In this document: in pieces, positions 63,285 through 64,000 of the stretch
Layout of the letters: every line of letters starts with the position of its first letter
Numbering within the stretch: position 1 is the first letter of the stretch
Assembly (NCBI GenBank): GCA_019720975.1
Contig: JAGVSJ010000005.1
Coordinates: 11,719 to 75,718 of the forward strand
DNA length: 64,000 bases
Direction of reading: 5' to 3'
Origin: Candidatus Sysuiplasma superficiale
GTDB lineage: Archaea > Thermoplasmatota > Thermoplasmata > Sysuiplasmatales > Sysuiplasmataceae
Translations under genes and position numbers: made by a program
Notes under the pieces: model-generated
Database searches by the model: none
What the model saw: only the letters and a program-made list of their open reading frames with translations
What the model was told of the DNA's origin: nothing

Positions 63285-63470
63285 GAGGAAGAAAATTCCC
63301 GGATAGCCGATCCTGACAATGACTTCGATGGTAAGGGAGATCAGATATGCAGGAATAGACAGTTACAACCCACTCTTCCAATAATAATCGATCAACTATA
63401 TTTTAACATTCTTTTATCCGACTGGTAAAGGGAATGGACTGGATGACACATTCACTGCAATCAACTGGAG

Positions 63471-64000
63471 ATGATCGTGTGGCAAGCATTAATCTACATC
63501 CTGTCTGATGGAAGACATCCCATGGCACAGATACGGATGAGAGGGACGGTTGAGAGCCTCTACAAGGTGAGTACTGCCTTCGTCGTATCGTTCGTGCTCA
63601 CAGTCCTGATGGTTGACAGGGATTTCAGCAGATTCGGGCTGTATTCCGCCTCCTCAAATTTCAAGGTGTTCTTTGGGACACCTGAGCTTCTGACCGTATA
63701 CAGCACAATCATAGGTCTGGGCCTTGCTGCCTATGCGATAATGGTTACGATGCTTCCGCATTTTTCGGGAGAGAGCCTCAGGCAGCCAATATTCGCACAG
63801 GTGAACAGGCTCTTCCTGTTCACAATACTCAACGGAATACTGCTTATGCTCATAGATTTCGTCAATGCGGTCTCTGCCATCAATACGATTCCTCTGTTCG
63901 AAGATGCAGAGATATTCTTCTTCATCACGCTGATGATAGGCCTCATCTTCTGCGTGCTGGCTCTTGCCGATATTTTCACAATCGTCAGAAAGAGAGGACA
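63471..64000 (+). CDS. Hypothetical membrane protein, 3' end outside window
   Basis: Absent from the track because no stop falls in the window. It is open from ATG 63471 (alternative 63522): ..MAQIRMRGTVESLYKVSTAFVVSFVLTVLMV..IIGLGLAAYAIMVTML..LFLFTILNGILLMLIDF..FFFITLMIGLIFCVLALA. At least 4 TM helices. Confidence 0.5.
   Translation, partial: MIVWQALIYILSDGRHPMAQIRMRGTVESLYKVSTAFVVSFVLTVLMVDRDFSRFGLYSASSNFKVFFGTPELLTVYSTIIGLGLAAYAIMVTMLPHFSGESLRQPIFAQVNRLFLFTILNGILLMLIDFVNAVSAINTIPLFEDAEIFFFITLMIGLIFCVLALADIFTIVRKRG

Noticed and set aside
1-64000. CRISPR arrays, transposases/IS elements, integrases, prophage or toxin-antitoxin modules.
   Set aside because: I found no direct-repeat/spacer periodicity. 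No ORF has DDE, serine/tyrosine recombinase, Cas, or small paired toxin-antitoxin features. The only tandem repeats are coding repeats inside the surface protein and the sedolisin.

Overview
This is a 64-kb, very gene-dense chromosomal segment of an archaeon. Roughly 90% is coding. There are many ATGA/GTGA start-stop overlaps, frequent GTG/TTG starts, and several starts lying about 25-30 nt after A/T-rich TATA-like boxes. The gene content suggests a wall-less, probably acidophilic Thermoplasmata-type euryarchaeon: MCM, proteasome beta, Csl4, Nob1, Tsr3, NMD3, DUF424, a thiolase+DUF35 pair, and membrane-anchored sedolisin and phosphoesterase exoenzymes. This assignment is inference only. I can support about 65 protein genes. 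I recognised no rRNA, tRNA, CRISPR array, transposase or integrase. Functional blocks in order: (a) rRNA/exosome factors with SHMT; (b) a ribB-ribH-X-ribE riboflavin operon; (c) Tsr3-MCM-DUF424 / NMD3; (d) an hpaE-hpaB-hpaD homoprotocatechuate module; (e) a three-gene envelope operon with a 920-aa hyper-glycosylatable repeat protein; (f) an acyl-CoA/thiolase cluster; (g) ogg, uppS, thrC, hom; (h) a DapA-like/FAH/enolase-superfamily trio; (i) a sedolisin-PKD protease; (j) a 1407-aa soluble histidine kinase divergent from three tandem KaiC-like genes, with a lone CheY nearby; (k) a glycogen/NDP-sugar locus. The best candidates for undescribed biology are five. First, the kinase + KaiC-like triad + CheY module, in which two of the three P-loops are non-canonical. 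Second, the envelope operon, with a new 34-43-aa repeat joined by polyproline linkers. Third, a deaminase-fold amidohydrolase embedded in the riboflavin operon. Fourth, a pair of apparently dead enzymes (PGM-like and GH57-like) coupled to a sugar nucleotidyltransferase. Fifth, two unusually long non-coding gaps. All family calls rest on motifs read from the translations and recalled family knowledge. No database search was run.
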